Assembly (NCBI GenBank): GCA_013373595.1
Contig: JABXHO010000001.1
Span: 4,919 to 68,918, forward strand
Source: Flavobacteriales bacterium
GTDB taxonomy: Bacteria; Bacteroidota; Bacteroidia; Flavobacteriales_D; Crocinitomicaceae
DNA: 64,000 nt
Reading direction: 5' to 3'
The position numbers and the translations under genes are program-made. The notes under the pieces are model-generated. The model had not been told where the DNA came from and did no database searches. It saw only the letters and a list, made by a program, of their open reading frames with translations. Positions 18,285 to 28,410 of this stretch are shown piece after piece; within the stretch, counting starts at the first letter, position 1, and each line of letters starts with the position of its first letter.

Positions 18285-21200
18285 CTACGCTAATAGATTT
18301 TCCAACGCATTGAGCGAATCCAATCGTGCTTGCGCAACACTTCCGATTGTTTGCAAGAAATGGATTTGATCACGCATGGCTTCTGTCATTTTAAATTGTT
18401 TATCTGAAGAGGTGGCCTGAGTAATTTCTGAAATTACTTTTTCGGCTTCTCCAATTTGAACAAGTTGAGATAATGACTCGTACATCTTATTTAAATCAAT
18501 TTCAGCTTCTTCTGATGCATCAAGCGTGTTTGAGACCTTTGCAAGCATCTCAACCTGTAGTTGCTCTTCTTTCGACAAACTTTTCATTAATTCTTCGAAC
18601 TGTTCACTGCTATCATCGGTCGATTTCAACTTCAACTTTTTACTCTGAGCTATTGACTTTGGACAGTACGGATTGAATCCAGTTTGGAAAATATTCGGAC
18701 TTCCGTTAATAATGCAGGTCGGAACGTAACTGCTTCCCGCAATTGCTGCTGGTAAGAGATAAAAGAATGATTGCGAAGCGAAGGCATCGAAGTGAATGTG
18801 ATGTCCAACATGTGCACAATTGTTCGTTGAAGCTGTGAATTGATTGTTTGCGGGTCCCAAAGAAGGGTGGAATGATTGAATGACTCCAATTTCACCAGGG
18901 GTTTGAGAGGCAAAATCACGATCCAAATACATGTCCCCAACACGTGTGTCAAATCGATTACATTTTACGAGTAACCAGTTGTTTTTTCCTCCTGCACGAA
19001 CTCCTGCTGTGATCGAACTGAAAGTACATCCGTATACCCAGTTGAAACCATCGATACAGTTCTGCATGAGAACACCATATTGCGATCCTGTGGAGTTTAA
19101 GGCGTTCGTAAACTGACTGTTTTCAATTGCGATGAGTCGGCCGCTTTCCACACGAATTCCATAAGCATATTGCTCTCCGATATTGGATAGCTCCGAGCCA
19201 ATTTGACATTCCATAAATCCAATTCTCGCTCCTGTGATGCCGCGTAAATTAATTCCTTGATAACAGTTATCAAATAGCGTGTGTAAAATCACAAGATTCG
19301 AGTTGAAATGGGTTGAACTGTCTGACCCAATAGCTGTGGTAAGGTTGATGAATTCGTTACGGAGGTAACTTCCATTGTGCTTGATCGGTTTTACGGAGTA
19401 ACTTGCATTGATAGAGTAAATACCTCTACCTCGTTCGCCCAATCCGTAAATAGCACCTTGAGCATCTCTATTGATAAACGTATTCCCAAGAAACTGAATG
19501 CCTTTCACTGCCCACATTGTGACGAATGCGAGTAGATGATGATCAAAATAGAGATCAGCCGTAGGGTCTGTTTCGAAAGTACACCTTGAAAATCGACTTA
19601 CATTCTCGTAGTCGTACTTCATGAACTCAACAGCTCTTTTCACATTTCGGAAGGTTGTCTCGTTCGCAATAACGATTCCTCCACCAAAGTTCAAATTCGC
19701 TCCCCAAGTTTCCTGTCTTACCGTTGTGATGGCATGAGCTGCATTTTCAATGGTAGCGTTTTCGAGGTAAACGACTCCATGATCCTTTTTGGATGAAGGA
19801 TATCCACCGCTCCGAATGTCATTGATTGCTGGATGTGGATTAGAGGCGTTACCATGAACTTCAATCGATCCCCACGGAAGACATCGACTGGTTATTGTTC
19901 CATCAATAACATCCAAACGGGCGCCGCGTTCTACAATGATTCGCCCATTCGCAGGCATCTCCAACTCACAGGTCACAGTTAAGGTATTTCCCGTTCGAAT
20001 GATAATATCTCCAAACATTTTTACGCTTCTGTCCCATGTTTCATTCGTGATTACTTCTAGACGTGGATGATCTTCTTGAACGGTTCTACGTAAATCTGTT
20101 GTGGATAAAACGCGGTGTAATCGAGCTAATTGGGAGGTATTTAAGTACTGCTGCCAACCTCCGTTGTTCATCAAGTTTGTCCCGCATCCTCCTGATTGTG
20201 TATGGTGCTGAGACATAATGAGGTGACCCAGTTCGTGAGCTAGGAGAGAGCCCAAACCTGTTCCGATATGCCAATCTGCATTCGTGGGACCACCATTTAA
20301 TCGAACTAAGCGACTAACACGGATATAGTCGTAATAACTGTTTTTGCAAAGAATAACATGTCCTCTATTGGTGTTGTGTGGATTCGTGGAAGGAAGAATT
20401 GAACATCCGCCTACCCAAGGTGAGTGTCCCGACCAGTTCGTGAGGGTGTAGTTGGGACTAGGGACAAGCCATTGTGGTGATCCCGCGGGTTGTTCAAAAT
20501 ACTGTAATTGACTTTGAATATCATTCAGGTAGATTCCTGAGTTGACAAGAAAGATGGTAATCGCTTCGTCTTTGCATTCTTCCTGATCTCTCAATTCAAA
20601 ATAGAGATCACGCCAAGGCCAATTGGCAGATAGGTTCGGACAAGCAAACGGGGTAATTGGGTTGCCGTTGTTTCGCGTCCAGTTCTCATCGATATTCCAA
20701 AGCTCTGAATCTCGTACATAAATGCGCCGAAAATCGAAGCGAACACGTGAATCGGCTTGCGTATTACACGTGTTTCCTGTCCCCGTAGCGTGAACGTTTT
20801 GGTAGATTCGGCTACATTCCGATTCGGCAATGTTCAATGCGTTGTTGTGACTTGGATCGAATTCATTAAAGTTGGCTGTACCGTCTTCTTTTTGAATAAT
20901 CACCAAATTGATACGGATGTTTTTTGGTGGCGTGGAATTAATAGGAGCGAAGAACGAATCGTTCATGATTGTTCCACTACATGGATTGGAAGCAAATGGA
21001 TTTCCTGAGCCAGGATTTAAAACGCCAATACCCGTGTTGGGATTACTGATTGAAACGCCACTGGAAGGATCGGAAAGGCTTCGTGTACTTTCTTCGTGAC
21101 ATCCACAATCTTCTTCTTTTTTTGCTGCGCAAAAAGTACAGTCGGATGAGCGGTATTCATCCTTATTCAATTCTTGAAGGGTCTTTCTGAATTGCTCGTC

Positions 21201-21548
21201 GTGCAATCGAATATGGTCTTCCGCAGAAAGTGGATACAGCTTCATGGAATACAATAGATCATTGAGAGTATCTTTTCCGATTCCTTTTATTGCGGATAGC
21301 TCTTCGATAGACTTGAACGCTGTTAATTGTTCGCGCTGTTTGAGAATGGATTGCGCCGTTTCCAACGAGATTGTTTGTGGCTTTCCTTTTGATCCTCCAC
21401 TGTTTGGGTCGTCGTAGATACAACGGACCATTTCTTCTGGTGTCGAAACGAGATTGACGAAGTCAATCAGCTTTTTGCTTGCCTCTTCTTGGCTTGTGTT
21501 TATTTTCATGATGTGATTTTTAGGTCCTTGCGCAAAAGCACGCAACAT
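18285..21548 (-). CDS. large multidomain protein: HhH-like N-terminus, Cys cluster, M43-like metzincin domain, parallel beta-helix region, coiled-coil tail; function unknown
   Basis: 1087-aa ORF (alternative ATG at 21509). Motifs are SIEELSAIKGIGKDTLNDLL, CTFCAAKKEEDCGCH and HELGHLIMSQHH. No signal peptide or T9SS CTD was recognised. Confidence 0.7.
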   Translation of the reverse strand: MLRAFAQGPKNHIMKINTSQEEASKKLIDFVNLVSTPEEMVRCIYDDPNSGGSKGKPQTISLETAQSILKQREQLTAFKSIEELSAIKGIGKDTLNDLLYSMKLYPLSAEDHIRLHDEQFRKTLQELNKDEYRSSDCTFCAAKKEEDCGCHEESTRSLSDPSSGVSISNPNTGIGVLNPGSGNPFASNPCSGTIMNDSFFAPINSTPPKNIRINLVIIQKEDGTANFNEFDPSHNNALNIAESECSRIYQNVHATGTGNTCNTQADSRVRFDFRRIYVRDSELWNIDENWTRNNGNPITPFACPNLSANWPWRDLYFELRDQEECKDEAITIFLVNSGIYLNDIQSQLQYFEQPAGSPQWLVPSPNYTLTNWSGHSPWVGGCSILPSTNPHNTNRGHVILCKNSYYDYIRVSRLVRLNGGPTNADWHIGTGLGSLLAHELGHLIMSQHHTQSGGCGTNLMNNGGWQQYLNTSQLARLHRVLSTTDLRRTVQEDHPRLEVITNETWDRSVKMFGDIIIRTGNTLTVTCELEMPANGRIIVERGARLDVIDGTITSRCLPWGSIEVHGNASNPHPAINDIRSGGYPSSKKDHGVVYLENATIENAAHAITTVRQETWGANLNFGGGIVIANETTFRNVKRAVEFMKYDYENVSRFSRCTFETDPTADLYFDHHLLAFVTMWAVKGIQFLGNTFINRDAQGAIYGLGERGRGIYSINASYSVKPIKHNGSYLRNEFINLTTAIGSDSSTHFNSNLVILHTLFDNCYQGINLRGITGARIGFMECQIGSELSNIGEQYAYGIRVESGRLIAIENSQFTNALNSTGSQYGVLMQNCIDGFNWVYGCTFSSITAGVRAGGKNNWLLVKCNRFDTRVGDMYLDRDFASQTPGEIGVIQSFHPSLGPANNQFTASTNNCAHVGHHIHFDAFASQSFFYLLPAAIAGSSYVPTCIINGSPNIFQTGFNPYCPKSIAQSKKLKLKSTDDSSEQFEELMKSLSKEEQLQVEMLAKVSNTLDASEEAEIDLNKMYESLSQLVQIGEAEKVISEITQATSSDKQFKMTEAMRDQIHFLQTIGSVAQARLDSLNALENLLA

Positions 21549-21601
21549 TAGTTAGTGTTCGTTCCTAACCAAAACCTAATCAATCACTTCAGTTTTATTT
21601 T

Positions 21602-23932
21602 TTACAAGGTATACCTCACGCCCAAAAATCCTCTAATTCCTTGATTCGGTCCGTACACATATGAGGGATCAAACGTCAGTGCGTACGGATTATTAGGTGT
21701 CGCTACGGCATTTCCGTTGCCATCGAATGTTACTTCTTTGTCGAATGGATCATTTCCGCGTGCAATTAAGAAAGGTGCATCCCGATTAGGTGTCCAATTC
21801 AAGAGATTCTTGACGCCGCCGTAGATTTCCCAATTATCGAAACCGTCGTAGGTAATTTGAATGTTTTGAATGCTCCACCAAGGCGAGTATTCTGGTCGAG
21901 GGTCGAGTTCGTTGAGCAGAGGTAAACGCATCGGGCTGTAAACGTTTCCTGTGTAATCAATTGAGAAAGCAGTTGTGGGAACTTCGTAGGAAACCGTCCA
22001 TGTTCCTGTAAAGTTCTCCGTTAAAATTTGACCTTTCTTTACTCCGTTAGACATCGAATAAATGTCCATCAATGTAGCTCCACCACGAATGGATAATTCT
22101 GGTCGTAACTTCAAATGGAAATTGGCGCTAATACCCTGACTAATGGCGTATCCGTTTAGGTTCGCGTAGCGGATTTCATTGGGATTACTGTCGTAGTCGG
22201 CAATAATTCTATTCGTAAAATAGGTGTAGAATGCGGAAAGATCAATCCCGATTTGCCGATCCTTCTTGGTGATGAAGATTTTGGAATAATTCAGGTTCAC
22301 GTTGTACGATTCTTCTGGAGAGATGTTGTCTTCAATCACCACTTCTCGCGCGCCAGTTAACGCTGCATGATCTTCCGTGAAAATATTGACTACGCGATAT
22401 CCAGTTCCTGCATTCAAGCGTAAAATGTGCAAACTCTCGCTCATCCATTTGTAGCCTATGCGCGGTGTAAAAATAATTCCATGAACGGAATGGTAGTCCA
22501 ATCTCGATCCAAGCAATAGCTTATGATGTTTGTTGAACTTGATTTCATCTTGTGCATAAATCCCTGGAATCCATTGGATGTCGCGCATGTTTTGCGGGTT
22601 CAAACTGTCATTTGTGGCCGTGGCGGGAGTGTTATCGTCGTAGTTCACATAACGAGTAGCAGCTCCTAGGATGAAGTCGTGCTTCTTGACGCGTTTATCC
22701 CAATATATTTGAGTAAATCCTGTGATTTGGTCCGCCATGTATGGAACGTTTCCGTAGTAGCTGTTCTGTTGATGTCGATTGAGCGATCCAGTAATGAAAA
22801 TCCGTTCATCCACAGGTAATTGGTACAAGCCCAGAAGTTCCCAACGAGAAGTGAAGATGCTTTCTCCATACAAGCTATCGCCACCTCGAAATGATGAATT
22901 CCAGTCCATTTGTCCACCCCAGCGGTCTTCGTAGAAATATCGACCGGCAATGGATGCTTGTTTTTTGTGGTTTTTCGGATTGAATTTCCACTTTTGAAAG
23001 ATCGAGATACGGTGTTGCAAAGTGACGTCGGTGAAGCCATCGTTATTTTGATCTTGTGGGTGGCTGTAATTGTAATAGTTGATCCCCGTTAAGACTTCCC
23101 ACACAGAGCGTTTAGGAAAGTGCGTGCTTAAAATGCTTTTTTCTTGTGGACGTTGTCCGATTCCAAACTTAAACCCTAAATCGACGTTGGTTTCGAGCCA
23201 GCTCGTGGTAAAGACATCTGCAGAAAGCGTTGGTGCATTGCTCGTTTTCTTTGTAATGATATTGATCACGCCTCCAATCGCTTCGCTTCCGTATAAGGTC
23301 GAAGCGGGACCTTTGATTACTTCCATGCGTTCGACGAGCGCATTGGGAATTCCAGAAAGACCGTAAACACTTGATAAACTGCTCACAATTGGCATTCCAT
23401 CGATTAAAAACATCGTGTACGGACCTTCCAAACCATTGATGTGAATATCACCAGTATTGCAGATGTTGCAATTCAATTGGGGGCGAACACCATTGATATT
23501 TTGCAGTGCATCGTAAACAGATGGAGTCGGGTTTTTCTTGAAGAAACTTGGAGAGTAGACTTCCACATTAACCGTACTGGTTTTTTTTGAAACTTCCTTC
23601 ATCGTTCCTGAAATCACAATTTCGTCCATCGATTGGATTACAGGAGTAAGTTGAATGGTAAGCTGCTCATTTTGTGATACGGTGATATCACTTGCAAAAT
23701 CCTTAAAACCACTCGCTCTAACTTCGAGTAGATGTGAACCGGAAGGAACATTCGACAAAGTGGCGTTTCCGTCAATGTCAACAACTACATGACGATTGGC
23801 GGCACGAATCATTGCTTTCCCGAAGGGAACTGGCGCGCCATCAGCCTTAGAAATGAGCTGTATTTGAACATCGTACTGTCCAAATAATGGAGAGCAGATC
23901 AAAACAAGAATCAGTACAATAAGATGTTTCAT
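21602..23932 (-). CDS. TonB-dependent receptor with N-terminal carboxypeptidase-regulatory-like domain
   Basis: Signal peptide, plug region (VIKGPASTLYGSEAIGGVINIITK), and a C-terminal barrel ending in an aromatic-rich strand (FLGVRYTL). Confidence 0.9.
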   Translation of the reverse strand: MKHLIVLILVLICSPLFGQYDVQIQLISKADGAPVPFGKAMIRAANRHVVVDIDGNATLSNVPSGSHLLEVRASGFKDFASDITVSQNEQLTIQLTPVIQSMDEIVISGTMKEVSKKTSTVNVEVYSPSFFKKNPTPSVYDALQNINGVRPQLNCNICNTGDIHINGLEGPYTMFLIDGMPIVSSLSSVYGLSGIPNALVERMEVIKGPASTLYGSEAIGGVINIITKKTSNAPTLSADVFTTSWLETNVDLGFKFGIGQRPQEKSILSTHFPKRSVWEVLTGINYYNYSHPQDQNNDGFTDVTLQHRISIFQKWKFNPKNHKKQASIAGRYFYEDRWGGQMDWNSSFRGGDSLYGESIFTSRWELLGLYQLPVDERIFITGSLNRHQQNSYYGNVPYMADQITGFTQIYWDKRVKKHDFILGAATRYVNYDDNTPATATNDSLNPQNMRDIQWIPGIYAQDEIKFNKHHKLLLGSRLDYHSVHGIIFTPRIGYKWMSESLHILRLNAGTGYRVVNIFTEDHAALTGAREVVIEDNISPEESYNVNLNYSKIFITKKDRQIGIDLSAFYTYFTNRIIADYDSNPNEIRYANLNGYAISQGISANFHLKLRPELSIRGGATLMDIYSMSNGVKKGQILTENFTGTWTVSYEVPTTAFSIDYTGNVYSPMRLPLLNELDPRPEYSPWWSIQNIQITYDGFDNWEIYGGVKNLLNWTPNRDAPFLIARGNDPFDKEVTFDGNGNAVATPNNPYALTFDPSYVYGPNQGIRGFLGVRYTL

Positions 23933-23962
23933 AATAAATATTCGTGCTGCAAAACTATAAAA

Positions 23963-23978
23963 GTTAGATTAGTCTAAC
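23963..23978. promoter_or_regulatory. DtxR/IdeR-like palindromic operator GTTAGATTAGTCTAAC
   Basis: 6+6 inverted repeat with a 4-nt spacer, in the 80-bp divergent region between the receptor and the DtxR-family gene. The 19-mer from 23964 matches 13 of 19 positions of TTAGGTTAGCCTAACCTAA. Confidence 0.45.
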
Positions 23979-23991
23979 AATTATTATTCGG

Positions 23992-23999
23992 TATTTTTG
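23992..23999 (+). promoter_or_regulatory. -7 promoter box TATTTTTG
   Basis: Lies 13 nt upstream of the ATG at 24013. A second box, TAATTTTG, lies at 24001-24008. Confidence 0.3.
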
Positions 24000-24012
24000 A
24001 TAATTTTGTTTC

Positions 24013-24702
24013 ATGTTATCATTCACAGAAGAAAATTACCTAAAGGCTTTGGTGGAATTGACCGTTTTCGATGCGGACTCAGATGAGGTTGGAGTCAATC
24101 GTTTGGCAACTTGTTTGGAGGTGAAACCTGCTACAGTGAGTGATATGGTGCGTAAGCTGAGGAATAAATCCTTGGTGAACTACGAGAAATACGGAAAAGT
24201 TTCGCTCACCTCAGAAGGGCGATTGAAAGGAATGATGGTAATTCGCAGGCATCGTTTGTGGGAAACATTCCTATCCAGTAAACTTGGTTTTTCGTGGGAT
24301 GAAGTACATGAATTAGCAGAGGAGTTGGAGCATATTCACTCGGAGAAACTGATTAACCGACTGGATGAATTTCTCGATTTTCCTGAGTTCGATCCGCATG
24401 GTGATGCGATTCCCAACCAGAAAGGAGAAATCCTTTTGCCTTTCAGACGAACACTTTCCGAAATAGAAGTCGGGAAGCGTCATCGGATTAGTGCCGTACG
24501 CGATCAAACGGAAGTGCTGCAATACATGGATCGAATCGAGTTAAAAATTAACCAGGAAGTCACAATTGAGCATCGCGAAGCATTCGACGGATTAACAACC
24601 ATTACCTACGGAAACCGAACGAGCGTCGTATCTCCCAAGTTGACGGAAAACATTTTCGTTGTTTGCGCAGAATGCGGCAAGGCAAAGTGTTCGTGTAAGT
24701 GA
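24013..24702 (+). CDS. DtxR/MntR family metal-dependent transcriptional repressor with C-terminal FeoA/SH3-like domain
   Basis: N-terminal winged HTH (NRLATCLEVKPATVSDMVRKL) and a dimerisation/metal-binding region (RRHRLWETFL...HELAEELEH). Confidence 0.9.
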   Translation: MLSFTEENYLKALVELTVFDADSDEVGVNRLATCLEVKPATVSDMVRKLRNKSLVNYEKYGKVSLTSEGRLKGMMVIRRHRLWETFLSSKLGFSWDEVHELAEELEHIHSEKLINRLDEFLDFPEFDPHGDAIPNQKGEILLPFRRTLSEIEVGKRHRISAVRDQTEVLQYMDRIELKINQEVTIEHREAFDGLTTITYGNRTSVVSPKLTENIFVVCAECGKAKCSCK

Positions 24703-24703
24703 A

Positions 24704-26665
24704 TTAATTTTTCACTAAAATCTTCACGCGTTTTTCTCCACTATTGTTCGTCAATTGCACGATATAATTTCCATTCAATTGTTGTGTGAGATCAAGTTGG
24801 ATGGCATTTTCAAACGAACCGTTTTCAATCAGTCTTCCACGTGTATCAAAAATGGAGTAGGCATGTTCACCACTCATTTCGGTTTCAATCAAGTAGTTTC
24901 CGTTGGAAGGATTGGGCGAAATCACATAATCATCTTTCAGTTCTAAATTTTGAATGGCCAAGGTGAAGTTCGGGTCTTTCACCGTAGTTCCTACCTCATT
25001 GATAATCCAATTATTCGGATCAATACTGACTAAACTATTTGCGTTCCCCAAGTTGGGAATTACGTATTGTTCCAAGTTCGAAGCGATGTCTACGCGAATG
25101 GTGGTATCGACTCCAATCACTCTAGAAAACTGAATCTCCAATGGATTGGTGAAAGTTGGTGTTGAACTTGAAGTAGTATGCGTCACCTCCAAAATTAAAT
25201 CGCTTCCAATGGTGTTCCATCGTGCAGAGTATGTCGGATATCCTTCTCCGAAATACCATTCTTGAAACGCATCAGTGAGGTTGAGTCCAGAACTTGCTTC
25301 GAGTTCTTCCTTTACGTCAAGTCCAATCATGGTACTATCAGCAAAATTCACTTGTAAGTTTTGCAAGGCGTTAAAGAAGGCTGCATCATCATCGAGAATG
25401 AATCGGAAGGTGTGTAGAATGGCTGCTCCTTTGTCGTAGGTCAATCTTCCAGAGAAAATACGTCCTTCATTCAAGCTGTCCAACACCCAAACACTTCCGC
25501 CTGGCGAAGACATGATGTTGTCGTGACGGTCTTGCATATCGAGTGTGGTTTCATTTGGATACATGTTTTCCAACATGAGGTATTCCGAGTAAGAGGCGAA
25601 TCCTTCGTTTACCCAAATATCCGACCACGATGCACACGTAATGTTATCTCCCCACCATTGATGTCCAAGTTCGTGCGCTGTCAACGATTTCACAAAGAAA
25701 CCTTGTGTTGTCATTGTTTGATGCTCCATTCCTCCAGAAAGTGGAGCCATGCAGTGACCGTATTTCTCATCTGCAAACGGGTACATTCCGTAGAGATCAG
25801 AGAATAGCTCTACAAAATCAGCTGTTTCGTCGATCTCATTTTGGAAATTTGTCAGCGTCGCTGGATTGTCATAAATGAAATTCTGAATCAAAATAGGGTT
25901 TGGTGCTCCTGTTGGGTTGGCGTATACATTGTATTCAACATATTCCGCAACAGCAACAGAAATAAGGTAATAATCAATCGGATGACGGTGCATCCATTCA
26001 AATCGTTTTGTCCCATTTCCTAAATCAACAACAGCTTCCAATAGACCATTTGATCCTGCCATGCAATTGTCAGGAACGGTTAGTTTTACCGCGCAGCTAT
26101 CAGCTTTGTCTGTTAGTGATTGTTTACACGGCCACCATTCGTAGGCAGAAAACGGTTCTGAAAGCGACCACGTAACTTGATTTCCCCATGTGGGAGAAGA
26201 GTCATTGCTCATTCCTGATCCGCCAAAAGGCGTTGAGGCTCCATTTGGTGGAGTTCCGCTATAATCAATTTCAATAGCAAAGTTGGTTCCTTGTGTAATG
26301 TTTACTGGAACTTTAATTGCTGTTCCCACACGTGAATACGTCGAAGAAACGCCGTTCAATCGAATATCAGAAATCGTATACCCGTCATATAATTCGAAGA
26401 GCACAGAGTCTAGCGCTTCCCGAGCAGTTCCATGAATTTCTCCTGTTCCTGCAACGTCGGTACTCAAGTTAGACATTTCCAAATCGAGTGCGTAGAAATG
26501 AACGTCGTAACGTTCCGTTTCGGCAATTTGATTTACGGATAAGGATGCACTCTTCATTTGAACTCCAAAAGCATCACGTTTTGAACACATGTGCGAATTT
26601 TCGTTTTGAGCGAGCGTTAGTGCAGAAATAAAAGAGAGTGCGAATAAAAGAGCTGTTTTTGCCAT
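24704..26665 (-). CDS. M1 family metallopeptidase (aminopeptidase N-like) with T9SS type A sorting domain
   Basis: GGMEHQT (GxMEN-like), HELGHQWWGD plus WVNEGFASY, and a C-terminal Por-type tail (ISPNPSNGNYLIE...KILVKN). Confidence 0.9.
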   Translation of the reverse strand: MAKTALLFALSFISALTLAQNENSHMCSKRDAFGVQMKSASLSVNQIAETERYDVHFYALDLEMSNLSTDVAGTGEIHGTAREALDSVLFELYDGYTISDIRLNGVSSTYSRVGTAIKVPVNITQGTNFAIEIDYSGTPPNGASTPFGGSGMSNDSSPTWGNQVTWSLSEPFSAYEWWPCKQSLTDKADSCAVKLTVPDNCMAGSNGLLEAVVDLGNGTKRFEWMHRHPIDYYLISVAVAEYVEYNVYANPTGAPNPILIQNFIYDNPATLTNFQNEIDETADFVELFSDLYGMYPFADEKYGHCMAPLSGGMEHQTMTTQGFFVKSLTAHELGHQWWGDNITCASWSDIWVNEGFASYSEYLMLENMYPNETTLDMQDRHDNIMSSPGGSVWVLDSLNEGRIFSGRLTYDKGAAILHTFRFILDDDAAFFNALQNLQVNFADSTMIGLDVKEELEASSGLNLTDAFQEWYFGEGYPTYSARWNTIGSDLILEVTHTTSSSTPTFTNPLEIQFSRVIGVDTTIRVDIASNLEQYVIPNLGNANSLVSIDPNNWIINEVGTTVKDPNFTLAIQNLELKDDYVISPNPSNGNYLIETEMSGEHAYSIFDTRGRLIENGSFENAIQLDLTQQLNGNYIVQLTNNSGEKRVKILVKN

Positions 26666-26757
26666 AAGAGATAGTTGAACTCTAAAAATACTATTAAATT
26701 CGATTCTTGAAGTGATATTTGCGATGCAAAATAATTGAAAATGAACACATCTAACCT

Positions 26758-27669
26758 ATGAAATTTGCCTTGAACCTACTGTTTGTTCTCGGAGTGTTTT
26801 CTGTCTTCGGACAAACATCTCGCTTAGAAATTCGAAAGCAGCTAGATACTATTGTGAATCGGGAGGGATTCCGAATGTATGAGGATACAGCGACACTAAA
26901 TGCTGTTGGTGTATACATTGAAAATGAATTCAAAAAACATACGACGAAGGTATATCGACAACGTTTCATCATTCAGAATAAAGAATATTTCAACGTAGTT
27001 GGTTTGGTTGGAGATACCACGAAGCCACGTATTGTTGTTGGTGCGCATTATGATGTTTGCGAAAGTCTACCCGGAGCCGATGATAATGGAACTGGAGTGG
27101 TTGGTCTGTTGCAGGCAATTAAGCAATTGAAGGGAGATACGCTCGGGAATTATTGTTTTGAGTTTGTTGCATACACCTTGGAGGAACCGCCGTTTTTTGG
27201 ATCGCAATACATGGGAAGCTATGTACATGCGGAATCGTTGCATGAAAGAAACGTAGAGGTATTCGGAATGGTGTCACTAGAAATGATTGGTTATTTTTCG
27301 ACCGAAAAGAAATCACAAGATTATCCGCTCAGAATTTTGAGTTTGTTCTACGGAAATAAAGGAGATTACATTACCGTTGTTCGGAAATTCAAGAAGGGAG
27401 AATTCGCTCGAAAGTTTTCTGGAAAATACAAACGATCGGATCGCATTCGAACAAAGAAGTTCACGGGACCGCGTTATCTAACAGGAATTGATTTCTCGGA
27501 TCATCGAAATTATTGGGACTTTGATTACGACGCGATTATGCTTACCGATACGGCATTCTATCGCAATAAAAACTACCATAAATCTTCCGATACAGTCGAC
27601 ACGATTGATTTTGAGCGAATGGCACTTACCATCGAAGCATTAGTTATTACGTTACGTAAATTGAACTAA
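26758..27669 (+). CDS. M28 family peptidase
   Basis: VVGAHYDV and DDNGTGVVGLL metal-ligand motifs, plus a signal peptide. Confidence 0.85.
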   Translation: MKFALNLLFVLGVFSVFGQTSRLEIRKQLDTIVNREGFRMYEDTATLNAVGVYIENEFKKHTTKVYRQRFIIQNKEYFNVVGLVGDTTKPRIVVGAHYDVCESLPGADDNGTGVVGLLQAIKQLKGDTLGNYCFEFVAYTLEEPPFFGSQYMGSYVHAESLHERNVEVFGMVSLEMIGYFSTEKKSQDYPLRILSLFYGNKGDYITVVRKFKKGEFARKFSGKYKRSDRIRTKKFTGPRYLTGIDFSDHRNYWDFDYDAIMLTDTAFYRNKNYHKSSDTVDTIDFERMALTIEALVITLRKLN

Positions 27670-27716
27670 TTGGTAAGAAAGTTGTACCTATGTAACAACA
27701 AGCAAACGAAACAATT

Positions 27717-28358
27717 ATGGATCGAAAAAAGTTTTTAATGACAGCTTCGCTGGCGGCGTTTTCTATTTCGGCGTGTGCCCATGTGAAAATTGAAGGGGAA
27801 TCTGGAAAAATCGAAGAAGGAGAGGGAGAAGCTGGATTTATTGGCGAATGCGCTACGTCTAGTGATATTCTTGGTCCATTTTATCGCGCTAACGCTCCCG
27901 AACGATCAGATTTGACTTTCGCTGGATTAAAAGGTTCGGTAGTTGAAGTAAAGGGGCGCGTTCTTGGTATAGATTGTATTACTCCGGTGGAGAATGCAGT
28001 GGTTGAAATTTGGCACTGCAATACCGAAGGTGAATACGATAATGATTCGAGTGAATACCGTCATCGTGGATCGCAAACAACTTCCAAAACGGGTGAGTAC
28101 TCCTTCAAAACTATTTTACCCGGAAAATACCTGAACGGAAAATTGTACCGTCCTGCACACATCCATTTTCTTGTAACATCTCCGACGTCACAACAGTTGG
28201 TTTCTCAATTGTATTTTATGGGCGATCCTCATATTGCGAAAGATCCGTGGGCTTCTCAAGAAAAAGCGCGGGAGCGTATTCGCCCTGTTGTTTTGGAAGA
28301 TGTAAACGGAAATTTGGTTGTCAACTTGGATATTTTCACCTCTCCAATTGAGGAGTAG
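27717..28358 (+). CDS. intradiol ring-cleavage dioxygenase family protein
   Basis: ILGPFYRANAPERSDL, VEIWHCNTEGEYD and RPAHIHF motifs, with an N-terminal export signal. Confidence 0.7.
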   Translation: MDRKKFLMTASLAAFSISACAHVKIEGESGKIEEGEGEAGFIGECATSSDILGPFYRANAPERSDLTFAGLKGSVVEVKGRVLGIDCITPVENAVVEIWHCNTEGEYDNDSSEYRHRGSQTTSKTGEYSFKTILPGKYLNGKLYRPAHIHFLVTSPTSQQLVSQLYFMGDPHIAKDPWASQEKARERIRPVVLEDVNGNLVVNLDIFTSPIEE

Positions 28359-28410
28359 AAAACGGCTTTCGAAATGTAGAATCGAGCAGTTAATTTACTA
28401 CCTTAATGCC

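Noticed and set aside
21564-21579. CCTAA-N6-CCTAA direct repeat upstream of the 1087-aa gene, considered as a second DtxR-type site.
   Set aside because: The half-sites are direct rather than inverted and are spaced unlike the known box, so it is too weak to call.
28318-28410. 5' extension of the 128-aa ORF that overlaps the dioxygenase gene. The TTG starts at 4758 (hemN), 8598 (ccoS) and 36180 (rimM) are similar cases.
   Set aside because: Internal ATG codons give N-termini that match family expectations or avoid long overlaps.
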